From the NCBI GenBank assembly GCA_010356995.1, contig ML996708.1:124001-188000 (forward strand): 64,000 bases of DNA, given 5' to 3'. The notes beneath the pieces were generated by a model. That model searched no databases. It saw only the letters and a list, made by a program, of their open reading frames with translations, and was not told the origin of the DNA. This document shows positions 49,596-60,307 of the stretch, piece by piece. This stretch comes from Trichodelitschia bisporula. Taxonomy: Eukaryota. Position numbers and translations under genes: made by a program. Numbering within the stretch: the stretch's first letter is position 1; every line of letters starts with the position of its first letter.

Positions 49596-51008
49596 ATGAC
49601 GACTGAGGTTTCGCCCACCCGCCTGTACTTGGGCAACCTGCCCCGCAACGGTATGCGCCCAGCTGCAAACGCCATTTACCTGTCATGATAGCCAGCTAAC
49701 ACGTAGAACTCACAGCCACGAAGGCCGATGTCGAAGCTCACTTCGCTTCGCATGGCACTGGCAAGATCACCGAGGTCAAGCTGATGAATGGCTTTGGCTT
49801 CATCGAATATGAAGATGCCATGGATGCGCGTGATGTTGTTCCTGGTGTGTATCGCATTCCTACTGCTGCCTGCAAAAGAGAACACAGCTAACTCTATCTC
49901 AGCTTTCCGTGCGTTGCTTTCATGAGCTCCCCCCCTACACTATAAATCGAAAACTCACAGCTGATGTTACAGATGGTTCTCTCTTCATGGGTGAGCGGCT
50001 GACTGTACAATTTGCTCGTGGTTCGCGTCGCAACAACGAGCCGTTCCCTCACCAGGAGCGCAACCCTCCGCGTCCGCGTCGCACTCCGCACCGCATGCAA
50101 ATTACTGGCCTCCCGGTCGAGACTAGCTGGCAGGTTAGTCCCTTGGTTCCTGGATTTGGTGCTTTGGACCTGGTTTTGCCCCTCTGCCCTGTTCTGCTGT
50201 TCAGGTGTCCCCCTTTTGCATTTCCCGGAGCCGTCTTCCAAAGGACCTAAGGCTTCCGGACCACCCTCGCATTTGCTGGCTTTCCGTGGACTCACTCTAG
50301 GCTAGGATCTCAAAGACTTTGCACGCGGGTCTGGACTCGACGTGGTATTTTCGGAAGTTAGTCGTGACCGTGATGGGCACGGGTATGTCTACTCTCTCCG
50401 ATGTCCAAGGACCACAAAACTGATGGAACCTCCCAAGCTTCGTCGAATACGAGACGAGCGCCGATCTCCGCTCCGCGGTCGAGAAGTTAGACAACACCGA
50501 GTTCAAGGGCAAGACGGTCCGCTGCGTCGCCGACGTGAGTCTATTCAACGCCTCGCAAGGCTCCCCAAGCTCACTGGTACAGCCTCAAGAGGAGCGCCCG
50601 CGTGACCGTTTCCGCTCGCGTTCGCCGGTCCCCCGCGGCGCCCGTGGCTATCCTCCGGCGCCTCCTGATGACTACGACTACCGCCGCCCGCGCGCCTACA
50701 GCCCGCGTGTCCGCGAGGACTATCGTCGCCGCTCCCCCCCCCCTCGTGACTACTACGAGCGTGACCGGTACGCGCGTTCGCCGCCTCGTGGCCCTCCTCA
50801 TCGCCCGCTGGATGACTACGTTCCGCGTCGCCCTTACGATGATCCCTATGGCCCGCCTCGCAGTGCGCCGTACGACGACCCTTACCTCAACGGCCATGCC
50901 GCCGCTCGGAGCAGCCGGCCTTACCCGCCTCCGCTGTCTCCTCGTCGCCGCAGCAGCCCCGTTCGGGCCGCCGGCTACGAGTACGACCGTCAGCCGCGCT
51001 ATTGGTGA
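49596..51008 (+). CDS. srp2: SR splicing factor with two RRMs (Srp2/SRSF4-5-6 type); six introns: 49651-49715, 49845-49902, 49909-49972, 50134-50305, 50383-50438, 50535-50583
   Basis: RLYLGNLP, GFGFIEYED, ERLTVQFARG, signature SWQ|DLKD, GFVEY, RS/RP/RD-rich tail. Confidence 0.92.
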
Positions 51009-52364
51009 TTACCCTACCCTCTTTTTCCAAAGCTGCACTCCTCATGGGGCCGTATGTGTGTTTGCAATGAACGCAGCTCACTGGTGTAGAAGAATGCATA
51101 CTTCGACTCCGATGAAAAGTCCGTACGACGATAGATGATTTGAAACCAGGCCTGGTTTCCCTCCACACTCCTTTTTCCCTCCGAGGGCGCTGGTGGACTA
51201 GGATGGTTTCAGATATCCCCGGCAAGGCTTTTTCTACTGGACGTTTCTCTCCCATCGAGCCCCAATCCATGGGAACCGGAAAAATGACTGGGTGGTCTTC
51301 TCTTGCTAGATATTGGGCTGTCGACGACCGCAACACGGGGCGCAAGCGGTGAACTGTTTCCGGGACCGATCTTTTAATTTATCCGTAGCGTATGAAAAAG
51401 TGTCTTTCCGCTAGATCTTTTGGGACTCTTGCCTGTCTCTACTATTGGAGTTCGTCTGCCATGTCGACTAATCCTGTGGCCTGCCGTTTAATTTCGCGGA
51501 GGCTTCGTCGGACTACAGTGCTGGACTTTTGGGCTGGCTTTTGGGATGACTTTTGGGGCTGGCTTTTAGACTGGCTCTTAGACTACTGGCTTTGGACCAG
51601 GCCGAACTGGACTGGCCGCCTTCAGTGGAGTTTCTGGTGTGATAAATGGTGAGTTCATTGGTCTCTTTAACGACTGTAACACCATTGGAGTCCTGACGTG
51701 GGATGTACACTCTGTACACGTAAAATAGAACGAGGATGAGATGTCATGCAGACCCTGGGGAAATTCTTAATGATATATCTGACTTGTTAAGACTGGAGTT
51801 ATGTGAATGCATGACTATTATTGAATCACGCTTTTAATGTCCGGCATCAGCTGCACTCACTTCCTAGTTCTAGTAGGGGAGGGCGAGTCCATGGTCATTC
51901 TCGCGCAGAGCCTTTGGAAGGGGCAGCCGTACTCTCTTTTTGAAGGAGTATCCATGACAGGGGAAGTAGCTGAGAGAAGTAATGGAAGGAACCCCGGAGG
52001 ATGACAGGTATATCATGATATGCGCGGCCCTGTCACCTGTCACTCTCCTCTCCTCCTCTCTTCTGCTCTTCATCGAGCTCATGAACACAGGTGCAGATGA
52101 GCCTACTATTATCATCGTCACTATCATCACAAGCATCGTACACAGCAATGGCAAACAAGCCGCCTTACGGCAATACGATTATCCTGCCCTCCACATCTAG
52201 CATACAATCATTAACCTGAGAAATAGATTCAGAATAAAAACGCCATCAGCATCCCCTTTACCATGTACTAGAGGACGCGAAGAAAAGCAGTAAACGCCGG
52301 GATATGTGCGCCGCAGGCACTGCGCTTATGTTACAATACGCACAACCTTTTCCCATGCAATACC

Positions 52365-55064
52365 TTAAACCAGCATGGCGGCGACAACACCGACCAGGCC
52401 CACAATTCCACCGACTGCCTGCTTGGCGGCGGCGCCAGTAAACTGAGCCGGAAGACCCGTCTTGGTCCCCATCGCACTGCCGGTGCCATACACCGACGCA
52501 AGCGTCTTGCTCGCAGCAGCAGCATACGGCACGGTAGAACTCCGCTCCGCGGCACCTGTGGGCTGTGCAACCGCCGCCGCCGTGGTGGTCGGCACGAAGA
52601 GACCCACGCTGGATCCCGTCGTCGCGAACGCAACCTGCGGGACGACGACTTGGGTGCTGAGCTGCGTGGTCGTGCTCGAGCTCGGGATGGTCTGGCCCGC
52701 CGACACACCGGTGCTGTACGTGCAGGGTACGGTGAGCATAGTCGCGATGGTCAGGGTCGTGTACGGCACTTGCGCGGCGGGTGTGATCAGCGGCGCCACG
52801 ATGGTGGAGGTGCGGGTCAGGGACAGCGTGACGGTGGTGTCGGCGCTGACGGACATGGTCGTGTAGATGATTTCCGTTACGCTGGCCTGCGCGACGGGCG
52901 CGGCGGTCGGCTTGTGCTCGCACACGGGGCAGACAGTGAAGGTGCTCGTGACGCGGATGGTGCTCACACTGGGGGTGGCAAGGACAGTCGTGCTCCCCGC
53001 GTTGACGACGGTCTGGCCAGGCGGGCACGTGGTCACGGTGGTGGCAACAACCTCAGTCGTGTAGCTCGTGCTCGGGACGACAGTGTTGACCGGGGCTGCA
53101 GGCGTGGAGCTCGCGGCGACCGGCGTCAGCGGGATGTCGCTCGGGCAGTTGGTGACGAGACCGGGGTTCTGCGGGACGTACGCCGCGCAGATGCCGACGA
53201 GGTAGCTGAGCGCGGCTTGCACCTCGGTCGTGTCACCGCCCCACGCGGTCACGCACCCGATGACGTTGGCCGTGAAGTCGGACTTGCTGCAGTAGCAGGT
53301 GAAGTCAGCGTTGTCCTTGCAGCCGGTCTGGTGCAGCCAGGTGTTCAGGCACTTGGGGAGCACGTCGGGGCACTGCGCGGTTTGGACGGGCGGCGCGGGG
53401 CCTGAGGAGGATGCGGGGCTGACGAGGATGGACGACGAGGGCGCGGGCGAGGACGACGGACCGACGCAGGCGCCGTTCATGTCCTTGGTCATGCCGGAAG
53501 CGCACACCGAGGCGGAGCTCGAGCTGCCGCCGACGGGGATGCAGCCGCCCTTGTTGTCGGAGATCATGCCGGAAGCGCAGACGGCCGGGGCAGAAGACGA
53601 AGGAGCCGCGGCAGAGCTGGAGCCAACCGGGACGCAGCCACCCTTGTTATCAGAGACCATGCCGGACGCACAAACCGCGGGAGCAGACGATGACGGCGCC
53701 GGGGCAGAGCTCGACCCGACGGGAACGCAGCCACCCTTGTTGTCAGAGACCATGCCGGAAGCGCAGACAGCAGGCGCGGAGCTCGAAGGAGCCGGAGCAG
53801 AGCTGGAGCCGACAGGCACGCAGCCACCCTTATTGTCAGAGACCATGCCGGACGCGCAAACAGCCGGGGCGGAGCTCGAGGGCGCAGGCGCCGAGCTAGA
53901 CCCAACGGGCACGCATCCGCCCTTGTTGTCGGAGACCATGCTGGAAGCGCAGACGGGAACGCAGCCGCCCTTGTTATCAGAAACGGTGCCAGAAGCACAG
54001 ACAGCAGGCGCCGAGCTCGAGGGAGCAGGAGCGGAGCTGGAGCCAGCGGGCGAGCAGCCGCCCTTGTTGTCCGAGACGTAGCCAGACTGGCACACCGCCG
54101 GGGCAGAGCTCGAGGGCGCGGGAGCCGAGCTGGACCCAACGGGGACGCAGCCCCCCTTGTTGTCCGAGATAGTACCAGACGCGCAGACCGCGGGAGCCGA
54201 GCTCGAAGGAGCAGGCGCGGAGCTGGACCCGACAGGAACGCAACCGCCCTTGTTATCGGAGACGGTACCGGAAGCGCAGACCGCGGGAGCAGAGCTCGAG
54301 GGAGCGGGAGCGGAGCTGGAGCCAGCGGGCGAGCAGCCACCCTTGTTGTCCGAGACGTAGCCAGACTGGCACACAGCCGGGGCAGAGCTCGAAGGAGCGG
54401 AGGCCGAAGATGAGGGCCTCGGAGCTGAGCTGGACGGCGCAGGGGCTGACGACGACGCGGGGCGGCTGCTAGCCGCGCTGCTCGAGACACGGACCGAGGA
54501 GCTCGCGGGCGGCGAGCAGTCGAAGCCGATGGAGTGGATACCAATATCGCAGCCGCCGCTGCTGCCCTTCGGCAGCTGGAAGCTAACCCCCGTAGCACCA
54601 CCGCACTGGGAGTTCTTCACGAGGGAGCCACTCTTAGAACACGAGGCAGTCTGCTTGCAGGTGGAGCCGTCGGGCATGGAGTAGTGGAACTCGACGGGTG
54701 TGTCCTTGGACGTCGAAACCTGGTACTCGCTGATGGAGAAACCGGGCCGGCCGGTGCCGCAGTTGAAGCTCGGCCCGCTGCTGGCGGACATGCTGCCCTG
54801 GATGACCTTGGACTGGAATTGGCGCTTGGAGAGCACGTCGCGCTTGCCGAAGCTGTTGGCGCAGCTGAAGCCGCTGAAGCTGTAGCCGTTGTAGGAGGAG
54901 AAGCCGCCCGTGCCCAGGTTGCCCCAGCTGAAGCCCTGGCTTTCCTGCTGGTTGCACTGGTTATTGGTGACGGCGGGGGCGTTGAACGTCGGGGCGTTGG
55001 TCCAGCCGCCCATGATAGTGGCGGTGGCCGCGCCGGCGAAGATGCCGGCTGAAGCAATCTTCAT
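52365..55064 (-). CDS. Secreted GPI-anchored CFEM-domain adhesin (Mad1-like) with tandem Cys-Ser/Ala/Pro repeats
   Basis: Signal peptide; Cys/Gly-rich N-domain with KR sites; repeat array; CFEM-like CPDVLPKCLNTW...C..NADFTCYC...C...C; Thr-rich stalk; QFTGAA omega region plus hydrophobic tail. Confidence 0.9.
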   Translation of the reverse strand: MKIASAGIFAGAATATIMGGWTNAPTFNAPAVTNNQCNQQESQGFSWGNLGTGGFSSYNGYSFSGFSCANSFGKRDVLSKRQFQSKVIQGSMSASSGPSFNCGTGRPGFSISEYQVSTSKDTPVEFHYSMPDGSTCKQTASCSKSGSLVKNSQCGGATGVSFQLPKGSSGGCDIGIHSIGFDCSPPASSSVRVSSSAASSRPASSSAPAPSSSAPRPSSSASAPSSSAPAVCQSGYVSDNKGGCSPAGSSSAPAPSSSAPAVCASGTVSDNKGGCVPVGSSSAPAPSSSAPAVCASGTISDNKGGCVPVGSSSAPAPSSSAPAVCQSGYVSDNKGGCSPAGSSSAPAPSSSAPAVCASGTVSDNKGGCVPVCASSMVSDNKGGCVPVGSSSAPAPSSSAPAVCASGMVSDNKGGCVPVGSSSAPAPSSSAPAVCASGMVSDNKGGCVPVGSSSAPAPSSSAPAVCASGMVSDNKGGCVPVGSSSAAAPSSSAPAVCASGMISDNKGGCIPVGGSSSSASVCASGMTKDMNGACVGPSSSPAPSSSILVSPASSSGPAPPVQTAQCPDVLPKCLNTWLHQTGCKDNADFTCYCSKSDFTANVIGCVTAWGGDTTEVQAALSYLVGICAAYVPQNPGLVTNCPSDIPLTPVAASSTPAAPVNTVVPSTSYTTEVVATTVTTCPPGQTVVNAGSTTVLATPSVSTIRVTSTFTVCPVCEHKPTAAPVAQASVTEIIYTTMSVSADTTVTLSLTRTSTIVAPLITPAAQVPYTTLTIATMLTVPCTYSTGVSAGQTIPSSSTTTQLSTQVVVPQVAFATTGSSVGLFVPTTTAAAVAQPTGAAERSSTVPYAAAASKTLASVYGTGSAMGTKTGLPAQFTGAAAKQAVGGIVGLVGVVAAMLV
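53460..54371 (-). repeat. Intragenic ~93-bp minisatellite, 11 Cys-pair modules
   Basis: Unit CASG(M/T/Y)VSDNKGGCVPVGSSSAPAPSSSAPAV (31 aa). Confidence 0.95.
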
Positions 55065-57675
55065 GTTGAGAATGAGGATATCGGTTAAAACGATGGACTT
55101 TTGGTTCGGAGAGAGACCGGCTCGAACGTTATGGTTGTTCTTTTCACCGAAAAGAGAGGACGAGTATCAAACGCGTTTTTTTTCTAAAATGGTAACGACA
55201 AGGCTGATACTCCAAACGATGGACGGAGTTAGAGACTGGGCTCAAACGGAAAAAGGAAGAAAAGCGATAGTGGGAAGTGAGTGTGAGAGAGAGAAGTAAA
55301 GAGGGAATAGGTCAACTGGTTCTGTTGGGAGGGGGGTCTTAAAGAGTGAGCGTGGCAAAGGGACTTGTCCCGTTTCTTCATTCTTTCCCCTTTGGGCCCA
55401 CTCGACGGGTCCTTTGAGGGTGGTGAAACAAAGGCCGTCGAAACAAGGCCGAGTGGGTCCTGTCCCTAGACGGAGCGAACCAACCAGATGCTCAATCCTG
55501 TCGTTTTTTCTTTGACAAATGACAAAGCAAATGGGTTAGTGCTTCTCGCGCGGTACGCACGGTATCCGTCCGATCCATGGCAGCGCCAGCGCGAAGCTGC
55601 TGATGGCCGTCATCGGTGGAGCATCGGCGGGGAGTGTGAAACGGCAGAGGGGTGAGGGTGAGAGAAGTGGAGACCGCTGGTGCGGGCGCCACGCCCTGTG
55701 TGGACTCCATGCCTTGGAGTGCTCCATTTCCTAGCGTCGAGTCGGGAGAGCCGCTGCGCTTGATGCTCGGGGCGCGCCTGCAAGGTACGGGCAGGCGCTG
55801 GGGTTGAACGGTCGGCTACGTAGCGGGTGGTTGAATCGCCTTGCAGAGCCGCAGCCAGTCAATGGCGCCATGCTGGGGTGTGATGGCTGCGGGCGCCACG
55901 GGGTGGGCGAATCAGAGCGGGTGGGTGCTTTTCTTAGCTACGCCCCCGTGGCTTGATGCGCGTTGCGATCGATCCTCGCGAGCGTCGCCATGGTCGTCGT
56001 CCTCCTCTTCGTTGTGGTGGTGATGGGCGAGAGGTAGAGAAGCGCCGCTACAGAGAATTGGCGTCGTGATGTTCAGGCTTAGAAGCTGGAAGAGCCGTCA
56101 GGTGTCGCCTACGCTGAGCGCGCGCGACGAAGCGTACGGTACCGGGTACTGTGTACATGGCGAAAAACTCGAGCATTATTCTCCGATTGTTCACGATGGA
56201 AGGAAGCAAGTGAGGCTGTGCCGATGTCCGAGTGTCCCGGTACCCGTACGACGACGCAGTGACACTCCAGTTTATTGAGCGAGATTCGACGGGATTGAAA
56301 CGAATGCAAACATGCAGGCTCAAGCTTCAAGCTTCAAAGCTTCAAGACTCGAACAGGAGGTTAGAGAATTTTTGCACTGCCACCCCGCCCGCGCCCTACC
56401 GTATCTGCCAAGTGAAGGCGCCACGCGTTTGACGTCGAGGTGGAACAAAGCCACTCTTGACGTTGTTCGCCGTGTCTGCATATCGAGTGTGTACTTTCTG
56501 CGACGGATGGTGTGGGGTGGTTTGCTTTGCCGGGAGGGAGGAAAAGACGGTTGCTTTACCTCCTTACAGCGAAAGGTGTGATCGGCATAAACTCTGCATT
56601 GCATAAGATGCCGGAAACGAGTGCAGTAAGCATCGTGAATCCGCATCCCATCAACTACAGCGCATGGCCCAAACATCCACACCACCACGATATCAAACAA
56701 AGCCTCCCTCCCCCCCACAAAGAATCCACACGCCAGGAACCGCCGCCAACCTTCCTCCCTCGGCTCCTCCCATCCTCCCATCCTCCTCAACAATCCCAAA
56801 TTCACCTGTCCCCAAAATAGTCTTACCCAATCGAGCACCCCTCTCTTCCCAATGCGTCCACTCCTCCCTCCTCCTATCCCAACTCATACTCGCAAGAGTC
56901 GGTTAGCTTGGCACCTAGTTGCGTAGTCTACCGATGTACGATGAATCGTGAAGTTCGCGCCGCTAACGCAGGTACCGTACAGTCCGTGCTTTCCGCGCGC
57001 ATGCAGCTCGCTCGGCCTGAAACATTCGTGTAAACGACAAGAACGGGGTGAGGTGCACAGCCTCGCGCTTGTCGGAGGGGTTGGTGTGTTTCTTGAAGCT
57101 AAAGTTCAAACTAGAGTTAACCTTAAGAAGCAAGAGTCGAGTTTCCCAAAGCTAAAAATCTTGAACTGAGATTCGGGATTTTAGAACTAGAATTTAAACT
57201 TGCGAGCATGGTCGTGCATCGTGAACTATTGGCATCGTATTACATGACTCCCTAGTCAAAGGATAACCTTACTCCACGGGTGATCTGCATGACGAGCATC
57301 GCACGCAGCTAGGCACCGTAGCTCAACACTCGCATGAACTCTCCAGCAGAAAGATCGAGCTTCGTGAACCGTTCGCATTGTATTACGTGACTCTTTAGCC
57401 GAAGAATACCCCACGTGCGATTCGACGTGACAAGCATCGCAAGCAGCTAGAACTAGACACCGTAGTCCAACTCTCGCACAACTCGCCAGCTGAACGTATC
57501 AAACATGAATACAGCCGGGAACTCGGCAGACTAACCACAGCCCATGACCCACGGCCCACAGCCCACAGTAAGAAAGCCACAAGGAATAGCAACGCCGGTA
57601 CCACAGTTCACAGAAAAGCCGTCGCCTCTTTCCCATACCCAAGCCATCCCCATGGCTATCCCATCATCATGTCCT

Positions 57676-59475
57676 CTAGATCAGCCACCCATCCTCCAAC
57701 AAGCTCGAGCTCGCAACAAAACTAAACCCCCCAAACGGATCTTGAACCGGCACCCCCCCCTCATCCCCCACATCCATGCCCACACCCGGCCCATCATCAC
57801 GACTCACAACCGGACTCACAGGCGCGTGCGTAAACTCGTGCGCAAAATTCTCCGCCAGCTCCGGGTCCGTAACAACAGGCCGAATAGGCGGCTCCATCTC
57901 CCTCCTCGTCAACTTCACCCAATCAATCTTGCGAAAAAACCTGTGCCCCTTGAGAGCCACCATATCCTTCGGCATATTCCCCCCCAACCTCTTCCGCGGA
58001 TCCTTGCGCAACAAACGCGTGAGCAAGTCCTTAGAATCCGGGGACAAGAAGTAGGGCATCTGCAACTTGCCCTTCAGGATTTTCTCTTGGATCTTTTTGT
58101 TGTTGGGAGCAGCAAAGGGTGGGTTACCAGTGAGGAGATCGAAGCCGAGCGCGCCGAGGGACCACCAGTCCACCGCCATGCCGTACTCCTTACGCTCGAT
58201 GACTTCGGGCGCCATGTAGTCGATGGTGCCTAGGAAGCTGTTGCAGCGGTCATCCCCGTCGACGGCGACCTTGGAGAGACCGAAGTCGGTGAGCAGGAGG
58301 TGGCCTTCGTGGTCCAGGAGGCAGTTCTCGGGCTTAAGGTCGCGGTACACGACGCCGACGGTGCGGTGGAGGTGGTCGAGCGCGAGGACGAGCTCGGCGA
58401 GGTAGAACGCGGCTGTGTCCTCGGGGAACAGGCGCTCCAGCGCAAGATGGTGGAAGAGTTCGCCGCCTTCCGCGTACTCGAGGATCAGGTACAGCTTCTC
58501 GTGGTCCTGGAAGGCGTAGAAGAGCTTGACGACAAATGGGTGCCGGTTGACGCTCTCGAGGATCGCGCGCTCCGTCTTGGTCTGCTCAACCAGCCGCTTG
58601 TGCACTACGAGCGAAGCTTTCTTGAACTGCTTCTGCGCATAGAGACGCCCAGTAGCGCGCTGCTTGACGAGCAGCACCGTGCCAAACCCGCCCTTGCCGA
58701 GGCAGAGCAGCGGCTCAAAGTCCGCCGCCGTCATCTTGCGGACAACCGAGTCGCGCATCTCAGTGACCATGGTAGGCGTCGTCGACTTAGTCGCAATCTC
58801 GGGGTTCACAAATGGGAGATTGAGCGGAATCTCGTAGCTCTCCATCTTCTCACCCTCGCTAGACTCGGACGGCGGGGTGGGAGTGAGGATGCGGCTCCGG
58901 CTGGCGCTACGCGAGGGTGATGTGAAAGGCATGAGGCCAGGCGACGCATGCATGCTCAGCGCCTCCAGGCGCGTGGTGAGAGTGCTGATCCCGGACGACG
59001 TCGACGGGCGCAGCGCAGGGCTGGACGTGACACTGGACAGCATCTTCGGACCGAGACGGGGCGTGCTAGCTGCCGTGGACATATCGGAGAAGTCCTCCCC
59101 ACCGGAGGTAACCGGCGGCGTCTGGAACCCACGAACAGTCTGGACGGCGGGTGCGACAGCGCCGATCCGCTGTTGCTGTTGCTGCTTCTTCTTCTTTTTA
59201 GCAGCCTTCTTCTTGAGCTTCTCGAAGTCGAGCTTCGGCTCGGCTCCGTTGGTAGTGGTTGCGAAACGAGCCGGAGACTGCGATGGAATGCGCACGGCGG
59301 GGCTGGTGGCCATGCCCAACCCGAAAGCCGGCCGGCCAGCGCGAGACTCGCGCTCGAGGAAGCGGTCCGGACCCTTCGGCATCGGAGGCTCGACGTTGAT
59401 CTTCACGCCGCCGTCCGGGGATCCAGTGGGCATTTGCTGCGCGGACGGCCGCTCGGACTCGAAAGCGAAAACCAT
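57676..59475 (-). CDS. psk1: AGC Ser/Thr kinase, S6K-like (Psk1/Ypk3)
   Basis: N-terminal TOS-like MVFAFE, LGKGGFGTV, YRDLKPEN, TDFGLSK, SFLGTIDYMAPE, hydrophobic motif FGGFSF. Confidence 0.9.
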   Translation of the reverse strand: MVFAFESERPSAQQMPTGSPDGGVKINVEPPMPKGPDRFLERESRAGRPAFGLGMATSPAVRIPSQSPARFATTTNGAEPKLDFEKLKKKAAKKKKKQQQQQRIGAVAPAVQTVRGFQTPPVTSGGEDFSDMSTAASTPRLGPKMLSSVTSSPALRPSTSSGISTLTTRLEALSMHASPGLMPFTSPSRSASRSRILTPTPPSESSEGEKMESYEIPLNLPFVNPEIATKSTTPTMVTEMRDSVVRKMTAADFEPLLCLGKGGFGTVLLVKQRATGRLYAQKQFKKASLVVHKRLVEQTKTERAILESVNRHPFVVKLFYAFQDHEKLYLILEYAEGGELFHHLALERLFPEDTAAFYLAELVLALDHLHRTVGVVYRDLKPENCLLDHEGHLLLTDFGLSKVAVDGDDRCNSFLGTIDYMAPEVIERKEYGMAVDWWSLGALGFDLLTGNPPFAAPNNKKIQEKILKGKLQMPYFLSPDSKDLLTRLLRKDPRKRLGGNMPKDMVALKGHRFFRKIDWVKLTRREMEPPIRPVVTDPELAENFAHEFTHAPVSPVVSRDDGPGVGMDVGDEGGVPVQDPFGGFSFVASSSLLEDGWLI

Positions 59476-60307
59476 TGTGGTAGGCTAGTGCGCCGAGCGC
59501 AAGAGTGGGGCTAGAGCTGCAACTAACGCAGCGCAACTTGAACTTGTGATAACTGCTTCACACAATCTGTACACTCGCTGGCGCATGTCAGCAGGCATTG
59601 AGCGACAGTGTGTTTGATGCTCACCTGTAAGCAGGAGTGTGTGCTCTAACGAGTTTACCGTCCGCCCGATCAAGGCGGACCTGGTGCCAGTGGCCACTTC
59701 AAGGCCCCAAAGGTAGGCTTCGGAGTCGTCGACACGTTGGCAGTGTTCAGATTGGTGGAGGTCAACGAGGCAGAGCTGCAGACCGAGGAAGTGGAAAGTG
59801 GGGCGAAGGTAGAAGTGCAGGAGCCCATATGGTATCGTGGATGGTGAATAAGGTTACGAATTTGACACCAGCAAAAAACAGCTGGCGGAACGGACTGAGG
59901 AGTGGTCGAGAGATAAGTTTCGAAGAACGTGTTGTGGAGGAGTGGTTTGAGTGCACACAGGAAACCAAAGAGTCGCGAAATTTCCCAGTCTCTGTCCTTG
60001 GCCAGCGCTGGACAACGCGGTTGGCTTGGCAGGGAGCGAGACGGAAATGGCTTAGCGTGGGTCTTTGGGAGGCCGAAATTAGAGCACTCTTTGTTCGTCC
60101 GCCCTACCCGCTGCCCTTACGTGGGGAAGGTGATTCAAGGATCGTTGATTGATGAATTCATTGATAGCTTACTATCGCTTACAATATAGATTCACCGGAG
60201 GCAAGCACGCGGATACACCACATCGTTTTGAACAGGATATCATTAAGCTTTGTCTGACTGCCACCGACGTCTAGACTAGGACAACATCAACATGACCATT
60301 TTCCATA

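Noticed and set aside
51520..51620. Degenerate ~12-bp GGCTTTT(G/A)G repeats
   Set aside because: Short low-complexity slippage product with no further structure.
53460..54371. Regularly spaced repeats as a CRISPR-like array
   Set aside because: The repeats are in-frame coding units with synonymous variation and no unique spacers, the context is eukaryotic, and no cas genes are present.
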